A DNA stretch of 64,000 bases from a virus: IMG/VR virus record IMGVR_UViG_3300022225_001767; one strand, written 5' to 3'. The notes under the pieces were generated by a model, which saw only the letters and a list, made by a program, of their open reading frames with translations, was not told the DNA's origin and searched no databases. Within the stretch, counting starts at the first letter, position 1. The number at the start of each line of letters is the position of its first letter. The position numbers and the translations under genes are program-made. Of this stretch, positions 1-10,456 are shown one piece after another.

Positions 1-439
1 CTGCCTCATACTCAAAAGCATGCAGTTCTTTTTCAAACTTGTAATGAAAGATGTCTGGATACATGTAAAGCATATCAAGTACGCCAACTTCTACACCTTG
101 TTCACGTACTACATTGACGCTTGCGTCATCATACTCACGATGGTGACGAAACAGAGAAACATTGAAGTATTGGACTTGGTAATGCGCAAACATTTCATTA
201 GTGTTGTGAAACCCCAACATGTCAGCGGCGAGCTTATCGGCTGCGCTTTGCTTTATGCTATCACGCGCTTTTTGGCCTACCGCACGCGCAACACTGTCAC
301 CCAGCGATTCCTTTTTAATGGTATGCTTAAATAGACCGACAACTTGCTCTAACGTCAGTGACGCTCGTAAACTTTCTCTTAACGCAGCTAGGTCTTTTTC
401 GTTTTGGATTACTTTTCTTAATGGTATTTCGTTTGACAT
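1..439 (-). CDS. Helical-motif family protein (unit A), runs off window start; paralog of 41804-42775
   Basis: Hand-translated, missing from ORF track: MSNEIPLRKVIQNEKDLAALRESLRAS...AADKLAADMLGFHNTNEMFAHY; GAGGA RBS; frame open to base 1. Confidence 0.85.
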   Translation of the reverse strand, partial: MSNEIPLRKVIQNEKDLAALRESLRASLTLEQVVGLFKHTIKKESLGDSVARAVGQKARDSIKQSAADKLAADMLGFHNTNEMFAHYQVQYFNVSLFRHHREYDDASVNVVREQGVEVGVLDMLYMYPDIFHYKFEKELHAFEYEA

Positions 440-449
440 GATATCATCC

Positions 450-594
450 TCTTGATAGCAGTGTGTTGTGCCCCGTTTCCATCACACTGCTTGACGATGT
501 AACGACAAACGGTGTCATAAAAAAAGTTGATGTAACTATTCATAGTGCGTTGCGCCAAGGGGCGGCGTGGTGCAAAACCACATCTCAAAGAGAC
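450..594 (-). ncRNA. Pseudoknotted leader RNA, unit A
   Basis: Two 5' hairpins; GCCCC (559-563) complementary to GGGGC (470-474) in loop GGAAACGGGGC of terminal stem 458-465/483-490. Confidence 0.7.
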
Positions 595-600
595 CGTTTT

Positions 601-629
601 ATATTAACCACATAACCAACATAAGTCAA
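601..629 (-). promoter_or_regulatory. sigma70-type promoter of unit A
   Basis: TTGACT-N17-TAATAT on minus strand. Confidence 0.65.
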
Positions 630-637
630 ATATTCTG

Positions 638-682
638 TTGACAATAAACACAGTTCTTGAGAGAATAACCTTGTCAACACAC
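638..682 (+). promoter_or_regulatory. Box-type promoter cassette (example)
   Basis: TTGACAataaacacagttcttgaGAGAATaaccttGTCAACAC then GGAG RBS. Confidence 0.8.
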
Positions 683-697
683 TCTTTGGAGATCCTT

Positions 698-1051
698 ATG
701 CCTAAAAACATCCCGATTACGGTAGATAAATTACGTGATGTTATTGAAAGTCAGCGCTGCCTTTATGGTGATGCGCCTGTTGTAGTCCGTCCGGAACCTG
801 CAAACCCTTTTTTTATCAAAGTGGCCAACCACTATATCCTTGATTGTCAGCGCGACGTCGATATGGCGGAAGACGGCATTACGCTGAAAACGCTATCAGA
901 GGCGCTTAAGGGCTTGCCGGGGCATGCTCGCGTTATGTCTGAAGATCGCATTCGCAACAATACTGAAATTGGTTTTTATTCCCCCGAAGAAGGTTTCGTG
1001 GCCACATTGATGGCGAATGAAATAGGGCGTAAGCGCATACAAGCCGCGTAG
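698..1051 (+). CDS. hypothetical protein
   Basis: ATG after cassette and GGAG RBS. Confidence 0.7.
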   Translation: MPKNIPITVDKLRDVIESQRCLYGDAPVVVRPEPANPFFIKVANHYILDCQRDVDMAEDGITLKTLSEALKGLPGHARVMSEDRIRNNTEIGFYSPEEGFVATLMANEIGRKRIQAA

Positions 1052-1150
1052 CCTAAATTTCACCTTCTCTCGCAGCAAGTTACCCTTGACGGTGAGTGCT
1101 TTTGCTGCGAGAATGGGTACGTCAACACAGCAACAGGAACCATTCTGTCA

Positions 1151-1795
1151 ATGAAATCACCTACGCCATTTTCGTGTAAAGATATTACACTTACACTATC
1201 GCCTATCACTTCTGATAACGATTCAGTTGTAGGTGATATGCCTAATCCAGAGCGCGTAAGCACATCGCGATTATGCATGACGTTTAGCGCTATGAATCAG
1301 TACGTCATGGACAATTATCTTTCTAGCGAAGAACGTGAAAATGAATTTGTAGTTCAGTTCAGCGCGCCCGCGACGGGTTACCATACCGACGGCTCGAATG
1401 AGACGTTTATTCGCAGCGTGATCACTTACATCACGGCATGTCAAACCGCCTTTGATCATGAGCAAGCATCACTCACCGTTGATAATCCTTCTCACGCACG
1501 TCAGTTTCTTGGTAACCACACACCTAACCATTACCAAGACGTCAGCAATGTTATGCTGGCTAAATTCATCGAACTTGTCAGCCCAGAACGCTCAACTTTT
1601 TCCACTAGTGAGCTCGACTTGATTGATGACTATCGACTTATTTGCTATCACACTATGAAGTGGTTGTATTGCGCGATTTCTGGCGATGACTTTACTACCA
1701 TGGTGGGTAACGATGGCAGCGTTTACGATGCCAGCAACGTGCCGCTTTTTGATTGTGTAGATGATGTTCTCGCTGTGCTACACAACCAACTTTAA
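1151..1795 (+). CDS. hypothetical protein
   Basis: 214-aa ORF, co-oriented with neighbours. Confidence 0.7.
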   Translation: MKSPTPFSCKDITLTLSPITSDNDSVVGDMPNPERVSTSRLCMTFSAMNQYVMDNYLSSEERENEFVVQFSAPATGYHTDGSNETFIRSVITYITACQTAFDHEQASLTVDNPSHARQFLGNHTPNHYQDVSNVMLAKFIELVSPERSTFSTSELDLIDDYRLICYHTMKWLYCAISGDDFTTMVGNDGSVYDASNVPLFDCVDDVLAVLHNQL

Positions 1796-1872
1796 CTCCC
1801 TAACCCACATTCTTTGTGTTGACTTGAACACTTACTTTTGAGATAATTAACATGTCAACACAACGAGGAAAT

Positions 1873-2355
1873 ATGATGTCTTTACTTAAAAGCAGTTCGG
1901 TAACACTTCATTTCTTACCAGCAAAGGCGATTAAACCCGGTCTAACCATTGCTATTGAAAACGACGATGGTTCCGTGGTTACAGGTGAGGTATCCAATGT
2001 GCACGTAGGCGGCGAGTCACCGGATTCGCCAACTGACTTTGCCATTCTCATCAATAACGATGAACACTTCAAGGTGATGGATGCGGATGACCCCGTTAAG
2101 CTTATTGTGCCGTATTTAGCAGGTGCTGACCTTACGATTTTGCAGCGGGCTGCGTTATCGTTACTCAACGACATCAATGTGGCGGGTGGACTTTATGAAC
2201 GTAACGGCAACTTTGATACGGTCGAAGGTTGGGACGAAGATGGATGGCCTGACCTTGCTGAGTCAGTAGTTCAAACCTACCATGCACTAAAGAACGAAGG
2301 CGTGATGGACGCTTGTCTTTTGATTACTGATGTTAGTGATGATGAAGACAACTAG
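1873..2355 (+). CDS. hypothetical acidic protein
   Basis: ATG after cassette and GAGG RBS. Confidence 0.75.
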   Translation: MMSLLKSSSVTLHFLPAKAIKPGLTIAIENDDGSVVTGEVSNVHVGGESPDSPTDFAILINNDEHFKVMDADDPVKLIVPYLAGADLTILQRAALSLLNDINVAGGLYERNGNFDTVEGWDEDGWPDLAESVVQTYHALKNEGVMDACLLITDVSDDEDN

Positions 2356-2442
2356 TTTATGAGGGCGGCGTAAAGTCGCCTATTGACAACCTACTCAAGT
2401 TTTGAGATACTTATTCCTGTCAACACAACACAGGAAAATGTT

Positions 2443-2646
2443 ATGTATCCAAATATTGTTACATTTGTGCCAGGCGTAGACAAAAAACCTGAAGGCCTAG
2501 GCAAATGCATCGGTTCTTTAGTGTATCGGATGTCATCAGGCACGGTAAAAGCTGCGGTGCACGTTGCGCCTAACGGCAACGAGGCGCTGGCACGAAAAGA
2601 GCTGGATGCCATTAATCTTAACAGTCAGCGCGCACAGATGCGCTGA
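2443..2646 (+). CDS. small hypothetical protein
   Basis: ATG after cassette and AGGA RBS. Confidence 0.65.
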   Translation: MYPNIVTFVPGVDKKPEGLGKCIGSLVYRMSSGTVKAAVHVAPNGNEALARKELDAINLNSQRAQMR

Positions 2647-2838
2647 TTGTTGTTGACAAGAGGCCATCTCATTGAGATAATGCCATCGTCAACACACGTA
2701 CATGTCGCACACTTTAGGCAACCGTAGATCATTATTCTACAACTTGCCACGCAAACAATCACTACGCTCATGCTGCGATAACTCGATTATACGTCGGGAT
2801 AAAGCTTGAGCTGAACAACGTATTTATTGGAGTCTATT

Positions 2839-3129
2839 ATGACACAGAAAGTTTCTAAAGCGATCCTAAACGTATCGCGTATCGACACGGCCATTAAAAA
2901 AGCCAAAGAGGTACTTGTTAAGCGCGCAAAGAAAAGCGGAATCACTGAGAACTTTGGACGGGCAGAAGTGGACGCTATTCGTGAGAAGTTTATCAACCCC
3001 TCTGATTTTAGTAATGATGAACTTAAGAAGCGTTCTCAGCTAACGGCGTTCTCTGATTGGGCAGCTTCGCTTAGTTTAGAAGACCTTGAAGATAAACCGG
3101 CAAGCAAACGGATTTCTATGTTTGACTAG
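2839..3129 (+). CDS. hypothetical protein
   Basis: GGAG RBS; about 150-nt leader after cassette at 2653. Confidence 0.75.
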   Translation: MTQKVSKAILNVSRIDTAIKKAKEVLVKRAKKSGITENFGRAEVDAIREKFINPSDFSNDELKKRSQLTAFSDWAASLSLEDLEDKPASKRISMFD

Positions 3130-3185
3130 AAGGCCTGGTATTATGGCGTTTCTTAATCTGGCGATTTCACTGTATTGGAGGGAGC

Positions 3186-3467
3186 GTGGCTGATAGCAAC
3201 CTCGATGGCGTTGTCGCCTTGTATAAGTCTGATATCAATGCGATAATTGATGCACTTGAGAAGGAGGTCTCACCCTCTCTTTTCATTAAGCTCTCGGGCT
3301 TCCTTATGCCTACGCTAAACGTTAACGTCATGGACGAAGAGGGTAACGCTCTCCCCTATCTTTGTGCCGTTTACGTACACAGATTGAATGGGTTTTACGC
3401 CACTCTCGCGTCCTCGGTTCCTTTGCGTACAAGACGAGCGCTACCCAGGATCCGACCCACTCAATAA
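3186..3467 (+). CDS. hypothetical protein
   Basis: GGAGG RBS, GTG start. Confidence 0.55.
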   Translation: MADSNLDGVVALYKSDINAIIDALEKEVSPSLFIKLSGFLMPTLNVNVMDEEGNALPYLCAVYVHRLNGFYATLASSVPLRTRRALPRIRPTQ

Positions 3468-3743
3468 CATAGAGGATTGCTCTTTTATTAGGCTGTGACG
3501 GAAGGCCGCACGCGCATCCCACGTCCCGTCATCTTCGAGCTCAGCCAGGCGCTCAGCAGCGTCTGGGTAAGTGCTCATGTTTTCTTTTGTTATTTCAAAC
3601 ACACTTATTGCCATGTGCTGCAATCTTGGCATCTCAGCCAATGGTGCATCGCAAATGATACGCGAGACAGCTTGCTTATCACCGCTATTTGAGGCTTTTG
3701 CCATCGCCACCATCCAATCCCATTCGGATTTAGATTGACTCAT
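3441..3743 (-). CDS. hypothetical protein
   Basis: AAGGG RBS, 100 aa. Confidence 0.65.
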   Translation of the reverse strand: MSQSKSEWDWMVAMAKASNSGDKQAVSRIICDAPLAEMPRLQHMAISVFEITKENMSTYPDAAERLAELEDDGTWDARAAFRHSLIKEQSSMLLSGSDPG

Positions 3744-3850
3744 AAATATCCCTTCGCGTTGTTTAATGTCACCTCTATACTATCACAAAACGATTGCTTT
3801 TTGAGTCCATTTTTGGCATACTTAATTATGTCAACACACAAGGAAAAACC

Positions 3851-4486
3851 ATGCGAACCCTAACCAAAAGTTACACAGGTCAAACAGAGTCAACCGACAA
3901 CTTACAACGCGCACTTCATGCCATTATGCATGCCAATAGTATTATCAGTGCACGTGAAGAGTCATTTGATCCTTCATTTGTTACGCTCGCAGCTTCTGAG
4001 GTGCTAGAAGAGACGGCAACTCTGGCCAACGCTTTCCCGTGTCCTGAAATCGAGGCCATTCAGGCCGTTCTGCCTCGGATTGTCGCAGGTACCATCGCAT
4101 CGACAGAGTTTCGCTTAACGCTTCAAGAACCGGAGTTTCAAAAAGCGTCGTTTGGCACACTCCCGGACAAGCGAACTGTGTGTTTTTCATTCCCAAGCGT
4201 GAATGGTGATAAAGAAATGCGTGTTGCGTTTTCTGTTAAGCGCGTAGCTGCGTTTAGCGAGCATCATTACGAAATAGACCGTGATGGTGAAGTGTCTCAC
4301 CCTTACTCAACGTTAGGTACGCCATCGGCCGCGACCCTTGATTTTTTTACTACACTCCTTAACCGCATTGTCTTCAGCGACCTCTCATTCCCTCTGACTG
4401 TCACTGATGATGAACTTGTGGAGGCGCAAAACACGCTACGTAAATACCGCGCTTTACTTGATGCGGCAGATGAACTGCAAGGATAA
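3851..4486 (+). CDS. hypothetical protein
   Basis: ATG after cassette and AGGA RBS. Confidence 0.75.
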   Translation: MRTLTKSYTGQTESTDNLQRALHAIMHANSIISAREESFDPSFVTLAASEVLEETATLANAFPCPEIEAIQAVLPRIVAGTIASTEFRLTLQEPEFQKASFGTLPDKRTVCFSFPSVNGDKEMRVAFSVKRVAAFSEHHYEIDRDGEVSHPYSTLGTPSAATLDFFTTLLNRIVFSDLSFPLTVTDDELVEAQNTLRKYRALLDAADELQG

Positions 4487-4490
4487 AAGC

Positions 4491-5783
4491 ATGAACCCAC
4501 TTGGCAAACGCCTTAACAAGTTAAACATTACCCCTTCCTCATCAGTGTCGCTAGATACAGCACACCTTGTTGAGGTGTACTGCCCCGACACGTCGGTTGC
4601 CTCATGGTTACTTTCGATGCTAAAAGAAACGGGGGTTGTACTATTTCACAAGGAGCAAATAGCGATCCTTTACCCGGGGTCTGGCTATGGGTTGGCTGCG
4701 CATTGGTATTTTGCTGATGCCAACGCTGTCACCGTCATGCGTTCTCTCATACAGAAGGCTAAGCGCGAGGTGTTCAGCGAGGTGTTTACAGATAAAGAGA
4801 CCTTTAAAGACACCTCAACATTCCTCTCAACAGCGACACAGGCCGCTACGCTAAGTGATATTGACTTCACCCATCTTGATGGCGCGCTTCACCGTTCGGT
4901 TACCACGCCCGACGAAGCAGCCGTGTTCATCAAGCATAGAGTTGACAACATTGACAACAAGCGCATCAGTATCGCTCACCGTCTTATTGCGCAACGCCAG
5001 TGCGACCATATCAATGCACAGATAGCGCAACAGCACAGCTTTTCTGCTCGCTGCAACAATGTGGCAACACTTATGTGTGAAGGGTTTATCTCCTTTCCTC
5101 TTGATGCTGTACTTGACATCATGTCATCGATGTTACCCTGGTGCACACAGGAAATGACATCCCTACTTGGTGATGGCGGCAACAATAGTGATATGTGGAC
5201 ACTGCTGAATGCTTATCGCCAACATGTATTTAATGACCATAATTCATTGGATTTAGATGTTAGCTTTGCCCCTACAGAGATAATTACGCAGCTTTTTTTA
5301 CCCACCTTACCCAAGGAGATTGACGACGCTATCGAGGTGCTGATCAAAGATATAACTGTTGGGTTTGAGCCTTTAATGACAGGTGCGTTTAAAACACCGT
5401 TTATTGGTATGCTTTCGGCGGGGTATGAAAATTTCTCCGAACATTTGCTTAGCGCAATGCGCACTATTCATGCGCACACGGAATCTCAACGGCATGCGCA
5501 GTACGAGCCTCAAATGCTTTCTTCCACACTCAACTTTGAGGCTCGTGCAGGTGGAAGCAATGCAGCGCCAAAACAACGTGAAACAGTGAAAGAAGTCATT
5601 AAGCGCCTAATGGTCAACACTCTTGTTGATATCATAAGAATGGCGCGACAATGTGATGCACACGCCGCGGTGTGCTACAGCTTGTTTGAACAAGGTGCTG
5701 ACGGCAATCAAGAGCCTAAAGCGCAGTTTCATGCGCTTATTGAAGAGCTTAGCGCTATCAGCAATAGGCGATACGGCTGTTAG
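4491..5783 (+). CDS. hypothetical protein
   Basis: 430-aa ORF starting a few bases after the upstream stop. Confidence 0.75.
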   Translation: MNPLGKRLNKLNITPSSSVSLDTAHLVEVYCPDTSVASWLLSMLKETGVVLFHKEQIAILYPGSGYGLAAHWYFADANAVTVMRSLIQKAKREVFSEVFTDKETFKDTSTFLSTATQAATLSDIDFTHLDGALHRSVTTPDEAAVFIKHRVDNIDNKRISIAHRLIAQRQCDHINAQIAQQHSFSARCNNVATLMCEGFISFPLDAVLDIMSSMLPWCTQEMTSLLGDGGNNSDMWTLLNAYRQHVFNDHNSLDLDVSFAPTEIITQLFLPTLPKEIDDAIEVLIKDITVGFEPLMTGAFKTPFIGMLSAGYENFSEHLLSAMRTIHAHTESQRHAQYEPQMLSSTLNFEARAGGSNAAPKQRETVKEVIKRLMVNTLVDIIRMARQCDAHAAVCYSLFEQGADGNQEPKAQFHALIEELSAISNRRYGC

Positions 5784-6625
5784 CCAGCAGCGTTCTTAAT
5801 ATCCTCACCAATAAGCCTTGCAAAGACAGGGCTTTTGCTCAAATCAAACCCATGCCGGGCACCTTTCGACAAATAATCAGCGACCAGCATATGACCTTGC
5901 GCATCCCGGGTATGAATAACCCCGGTGTGCTCGCTACCCGGACGAAGCAGTCCCAAGTGAACAACCGGATCACGTAGATTAGCGAAATGCTCTTGCACTA
6001 TCGCCTCATGCAGTTGATTTTCTCTAAAACCTGCCCCAAACGTGATGTATCTTACGCGCTGCAACTGCGCACGGCCTAAACGCGCTGTCAATATGCTTAG
6101 CGCCCTCGTCGCAATAATTGCACCCTGTGAATAACCAACTACGGTCACCGGATAGGGGGATGTTTTCAGTGTGTATTCGATTTGCGCGACCAATCCATGT
6201 GCAAGCATTGTCGGCTCGCCATAACGATCTTGGTGGCATTCGAGCAAATCAGCAATGAGGCTTTCAGTAGGGTTATAAACCAGGCCGACAGGTTGCTTAA
6301 ACAGCATTTGTAGGCAGTCGCGCTGCCATTGGGCTAAGCTATAGGGTGTCATCACCCCATTGACAAAAAGAATACGTGCGTTTTTGCATCCATCGAGACA
6401 GACCCCGGCAAAATCTTTTTTAGACAGACTGTCAGAGACGACTTTTAACATGTTTCTCCCGCCGCTCAGGTCACAGTCTTTGCGTATCATCGTTCTTAAA
6501 TTGAAGAGATGGTGTAATTGGAATTTCCCACCCAGCAGCAACCCTACGTCATCGCGAACCGCTTCACCGTATCGGTCGACAAGGTACTGTGTTATCGTCT
6601 CGTCTATTTTTTTTAACATCATCAT
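5780..6625 (-). CDS. alpha/beta-hydrolase fold protein
   Basis: Nucleophile elbow VVGYSQGA, FVNGV oxyanion-like segment, DPV and GH candidates for Asp/His. Confidence 0.7.
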   Translation of the reverse strand: MMMLKKIDETITQYLVDRYGEAVRDDVGLLLGGKFQLHHLFNLRTMIRKDCDLSGGRNMLKVVSDSLSKKDFAGVCLDGCKNARILFVNGVMTPYSLAQWQRDCLQMLFKQPVGLVYNPTESLIADLLECHQDRYGEPTMLAHGLVAQIEYTLKTSPYPVTVVGYSQGAIIATRALSILTARLGRAQLQRVRYITFGAGFRENQLHEAIVQEHFANLRDPVVHLGLLRPGSEHTGVIHTRDAQGHMLVADYLSKGARHGFDLSKSPVFARLIGEDIKNAAG

Positions 6626-6793
6626 CTTTCTTATAGGATTCCGCTTAACAATGGTGGACGCGCATTGTGATACTGCGGGACAAATAATATATTGTTTATT
6701 ATATCATCAAAACAAAAAACTGCACCAAATTTATTGACTTCATACACAGACTTTGAGATACTAGCTCCGTCAACACAACTAACGGAGTCATCC

Positions 6794-7474
6794 ATGCCAT
6801 CATTAAATACCCTTTGGTCTCGCGAGAACATCAACGCACTCTCTGATATGACCAAGAAATTACACGCTGCACGCACCACCTTAGACACGTACAACTCTTT
6901 TGATCAGAGTGAAGCACCCATGCATCTGAAAAACTTCATTTCATATGTGGGCTTGAAAACCATCACCTCACTGATAAAAAAAGAAATCAAAGATGCCGCC
7001 ATTTTAGATACTGTGCTTAACACTATTTCTGAAGGCATTGCTGAGTTTGCCGATGGTAAAGACCAAGCGGTCAAACTTATCCGAAAGCGCATCGACAATG
7101 ACACCAATGGCAATAACCATTATGCCAACATCCTTCGCTTCACCAGCACCGCGTCCGGCGACACCACGGTGGAACTGTTGGGTGTTATTTTTTACGAGCG
7201 GGATGTGCACGGTTATAATCTTGAGGTATCTCAATTCAACTGTGAACACGCGGGAGTTTACCTAAACGGCGAAAAAATTACCATTGACACCGACCAATTT
7301 GGTGATTCACCACTGTTAACTAAGCTCGGTGCCTTCTCGGAACGCTGTGAAGATGATGAAGACTGCCCTTATTTCCCAGATAAACCTACGATAGAGGAAT
7401 ACAACGCCGCTCGCTTGCTGTTTTCTGATACCCAGTCGATTAGAGAGGCACTACTCTCTTTACCGCAACGCTAA
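6794..7474 (+). CDS. hypothetical protein
   Basis: ATG after cassette and GGAG RBS. Confidence 0.75.
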   Translation: MPSLNTLWSRENINALSDMTKKLHAARTTLDTYNSFDQSEAPMHLKNFISYVGLKTITSLIKKEIKDAAILDTVLNTISEGIAEFADGKDQAVKLIRKRIDNDTNGNNHYANILRFTSTASGDTTVELLGVIFYERDVHGYNLEVSQFNCEHAGVYLNGEKITIDTDQFGDSPLLTKLGAFSERCEDDEDCPYFPDKPTIEEYNAARLLFSDTQSIREALLSLPQR

Positions 7475-7541
7475 TACAGGCTCTGAGGGCAAGGCGAACG
7501 TCTTGCCTTTTCTGCTTAACTTACCCAAGGAACTACTGCTC

Positions 7542-7856
7542 ATGTCGTATTCACTACTCACTGAAATAGATGACATCGAAAACCGCGTTCGCAATATCAT
7601 CGTCGACTTAAGAGAACGTCATAACCAGGATTCGCTGCCTGACGTTGGTGGCGCACCTACAGATCAACCTCTTTTTCTATTTCCTCAGGGCGATCATCTG
7701 CCGGAGCTGCTTATTGATGGCTACCCTGTTGTGGCGGCGAGTGAAGATTATGTTTTCACCAACAGCGAGTACCCTGGACAAATGGATCTTACTTCATTTG
7801 TGGAAGACAACCTTAAGGCGCTGTGTGAGGTGTTGGATTTTTGCCGGGACGTATAA
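7542..7856 (+). CDS. hypothetical protein
   Basis: AAGGA RBS. Confidence 0.65.
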   Translation: MSYSLLTEIDDIENRVRNIIVDLRERHNQDSLPDVGGAPTDQPLFLFPQGDHLPELLIDGYPVVAASEDYVFTNSEYPGQMDLTSFVEDNLKALCEVLDFCRDV

Positions 7857-7889
7857 GCTCTTGTTACGCTAAACCCTAAACAAACCATT

Positions 7890-7914
7890 AAAACCTGCCT
7901 AGCGCAGGTTTTTT
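7890..7914 (+). terminator. intrinsic terminator upstream of unit B
   Basis: AAAACCTGC-ctagc-GCAGGTTTTTT. Confidence 0.7.
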
Positions 7915-7949
7915 GTTGACTTTTTACGCCTATATGTTATCCTTTTTTT

Positions 7950-8149
7950 TGTGAGATGCACTTGCTTTGCATGTGTCAGTCATCTCATGGGGCAGCTCCC
8001 CTCTACGACCCACCCGCTCGCCGGGTTACGCATAAGCGTCACTGGAAAACCGCCAGCAACACCCTTGATTGACACCGGACATTATCATGGTGGCAAGGAG
8101 GAACGGGTCGGACTCTACCATGCCACAACATTGATAGGACGGTACCCTT
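7950..8149 (+). ncRNA. Pseudoknotted leader RNA, unit B
   Basis: TGAGATG/CATCTCA and GGGG/CCCC hairpins; CGACCC 8006-8011 pairs GGGTCG 8105-8110 in loop GGAACGGGTCG of stem 8090-8095/8121-8126; TTGACT promoter at 7916. Confidence 0.7.
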
Positions 8150-8821
8150 ATGCAAATTACATTTTCGCTTCGCAACAACAATCTTATTATCGACAGCTCA
8201 CAGAGCTTAGATGACTTTTCCGCCGCATTCGCTGACCTTACAAAGCTGAAAAAGACGCACGTCAAAAGTACGATAAGCAAAACCTTAGGTTTCAGCCATA
8301 TCAAGGCGCTTGAGAGCGCACTTACACCATACATTAGCGCCCCAGATGTTCGCCTTGCCGATAAAACGATAAAGGGGCTTCAAGATCTTTACTGGTGGCT
8401 TGATGATAACATCGACATGAACACTGAGATGTATTTTGATAGCAATGGTGAGGTTGACTCAAAAGCGTTGCAGGACATGTTATCGCCTTTGTTTGATATG
8501 ATGCGACAACAACAGGCATCAGGTAAACCTATCACGAACCGTGCAGAGGAAATCACCGCTAAGCGCGATGGTATACTTTCCGACATGACGAAACATGCCC
8601 TTCAGCATGCGGATGTCGACAACGAAGCGCAGCTAGAGCAAAAACATTATTACGCGGTTCAAGATGACGTTGAAGCACTCAACCGAAAATTATTTAACCA
8701 TGATGATTATGGGAAAGCCTTGGCGCTACTTGAACGTGAGGGCATGCAAGATTTTGCGAACCTTCTTGCCGAGATGACAGAAACGAAAACGGCAGAGGAT
8801 CACATCGCGCATACACTGTAG
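8150..8821 (+). CDS. Helical-motif family protein (unit B); paralog of 61637-62251
   Basis: KSTISKTLGFSHIKAL motif; IIDSSQSLDDFS matches IIDSKHSLDQFS. Confidence 0.8.
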   Translation: MQITFSLRNNNLIIDSSQSLDDFSAAFADLTKLKKTHVKSTISKTLGFSHIKALESALTPYISAPDVRLADKTIKGLQDLYWWLDDNIDMNTEMYFDSNGEVDSKALQDMLSPLFDMMRQQQASGKPITNRAEEITAKRDGILSDMTKHALQHADVDNEAQLEQKHYYAVQDDVEALNRKLFNHDDYGKALALLEREGMQDFANLLAEMTETKTAEDHIAHTL

Positions 8822-8844
8822 CACCATGCTCTCGCCAATCACTT

Positions 8845-8869
8845 AAAGCCCGTACATACGGGCTTTTTT
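8845..8869 (+). terminator. intrinsic terminator between units B and C
   Basis: AAAGCCCGTA-ca-TACGGGCTTTTTT. Confidence 0.75.
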
Positions 8870-8946
8870 ATTTTTGGTTATTTTCAATAAATGTATATTT
8901 TTTCTGATGGATATTGACATCACTCACAGGCGGTGAGATAATCACC

Positions 8947-9174
8947 ATACCTGCTCGACCCTACACTGCGGTGCGTGGTAACAGCAGAGGGAGGCTCCAG
9001 ACCTTCGTCGCATCTCAGGTGCAACAGTACACAATACCGTCGCACTCATGGCTAATACTGGCAACGTCTTCACTTAATAAAGACAACACACCCCTTTTTC
9101 GACATAACGTTACTTGACGAGTCGCAATTGGAACGAGATGCACAATGATGATTACGACTCACTTGGAGAATGAT
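8947..9174 (+). ncRNA. Pseudoknotted leader RNA, unit C
   Basis: GCATCTC 9010-9016 pairs GAGATGC 9135-9141 in loop GGAACGAGATGC of stem GAGTCG 9119-9124/CGACTC 9155-9160; promoter TTGACA-N17-GATAAT at 8914. Confidence 0.7.
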
Positions 9175-9825
9175 ATGTCTACACCTGTTACTATCTTGGG
9201 CGCTGATCGCGCCACGTTAATGAACAACACCCGACGCGCACTGGAAGGATTCCAAAAAGGACGTCCTGTTACGCGTGATGCATTGGTGAGAAAAGCGCTG
9301 GCCACCATCTTAGGGCAAGATAATGAGCACCTCCCTACCGCGGACTTCTCAATTAATAATGCCTCACTGGAGACACGCTTGCGTAACGCTATGGCGCCAC
9401 TTACGTTTTTGCAAGACTGGGGCACTGGGGATGACGAGTACCTTGATTTAAACTTTGAAGCGCGCGCGTGGGATGCCAATGCAGAGAAGGACGACATTAC
9501 CGTCGACTACCGCATCAGCTTCCATATTCCGGGTAAATACGCCTATTTCATTATCGGTAAAAATTATGGCAGTGGGATGGTCGGTGCCATTGAAATCCCG
9601 CTCTCACACCTACCTTACGCGCCGATGTTATTGCTTGAAGGCAGCCGTGATGCGCAGTGGCTTGACGAGTCAGAGATTTTTGTTGGCATCGAAAAGATGT
9701 TGGATGTTTACCATGCTATTTGCGCCGATCCATTGCTAAAAGAAGTTTTTATCGATAACCGCCCTGCACTTTCTCTTAAATCCGCGAAAGATGCAGTCAC
9801 AACATCGCACAGCGAGGTGCGTTGA
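9175..9825 (+). CDS. Helical-motif family protein (unit C)
   Basis: RKALATILGQDNEHL motif; GGAG RBS. Confidence 0.8.
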   Translation: MSTPVTILGADRATLMNNTRRALEGFQKGRPVTRDALVRKALATILGQDNEHLPTADFSINNASLETRLRNAMAPLTFLQDWGTGDDEYLDLNFEARAWDANAEKDDITVDYRISFHIPGKYAYFIIGKNYGSGMVGAIEIPLSHLPYAPMLLLEGSRDAQWLDESEIFVGIEKMLDVYHAICADPLLKEVFIDNRPALSLKSAKDAVTTSHSEVR

Positions 9826-9826
9826 T

Positions 9827-10417
9827 ATGAGCAGCATACTGCTTCATGAGAACAACCAAAGATTAGTGTATGACGATGCCACCTTAACGTGGGTGGCACC
9901 GCAAACCCAATACCCACTCATTAACCCTCATTCTCAGCTTCCGGCCATCCCTAGCCCCCGGCATAAGCATGAGATTGTGGGCACATTAACAATTCGGGTT
10001 TATGATACACGCTCACGTAAAGTAGAGCTTTTCCCCTTGGCATTGCGCCAGGGGGTAATACATACGCCAAAACGTTGCTATGTCGGTGCAAGCTTAACGC
10101 TTGACGCTGTCAATAAGATGGGAATGTGGCTAAAATCCTGCGGAATTAACCATGAGTGGTCGCATCGCTATGTGACAAACATCATCCAAGCACTCAATCA
10201 CGGCGATGTGCTATGTGGCGAAATTGAAGCCATCTACCGCAAAAAGAAACCCAATCCATCTGGAAAGCTTTATTTTGACCGCGCCGCCTACGAGTCTCGC
10301 CCGACCATTTTGACGTGGGGGGTTAACGTTGACCCACCACGCCAACGCGCATGCTCACCCTTGTTGACGTTGGCGGTAAACAACAGTAAAACCATTGACA
10401 ACGCTCACACCTTGTGA
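9827..10417 (+). CDS. hypothetical protein
   Basis: GAGG RBS, starts immediately after the upstream stop. Confidence 0.65.
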   Translation: MSSILLHENNQRLVYDDATLTWVAPQTQYPLINPHSQLPAIPSPRHKHEIVGTLTIRVYDTRSRKVELFPLALRQGVIHTPKRCYVGASLTLDAVNKMGMWLKSCGINHEWSHRYVTNIIQALNHGDVLCGEIEAIYRKKKPNPSGKLYFDRAAYESRPTILTWGVNVDPPRQRACSPLLTLAVNNSKTIDNAHTL

Positions 10418-10456
10418 GACACTGACATTGTCAACACAACGGTTAGAGAACCCATT

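Noticed and set aside
20-455. Plus-strand ORFs 20-334 and 219-455
   Set aside because: They are shadows of the minus-strand gene 1-439, which has an RBS, a promoter and a paralog.
7950-9174. Leaders as tRNA, tmRNA, or hammerhead/HDV-type ribozymes
   Set aside because: No T-loop or CCA cloverleaf, no CUGANGA/GAAA core and no HDV nested topology was found by eye. An Rfam scan is still needed.
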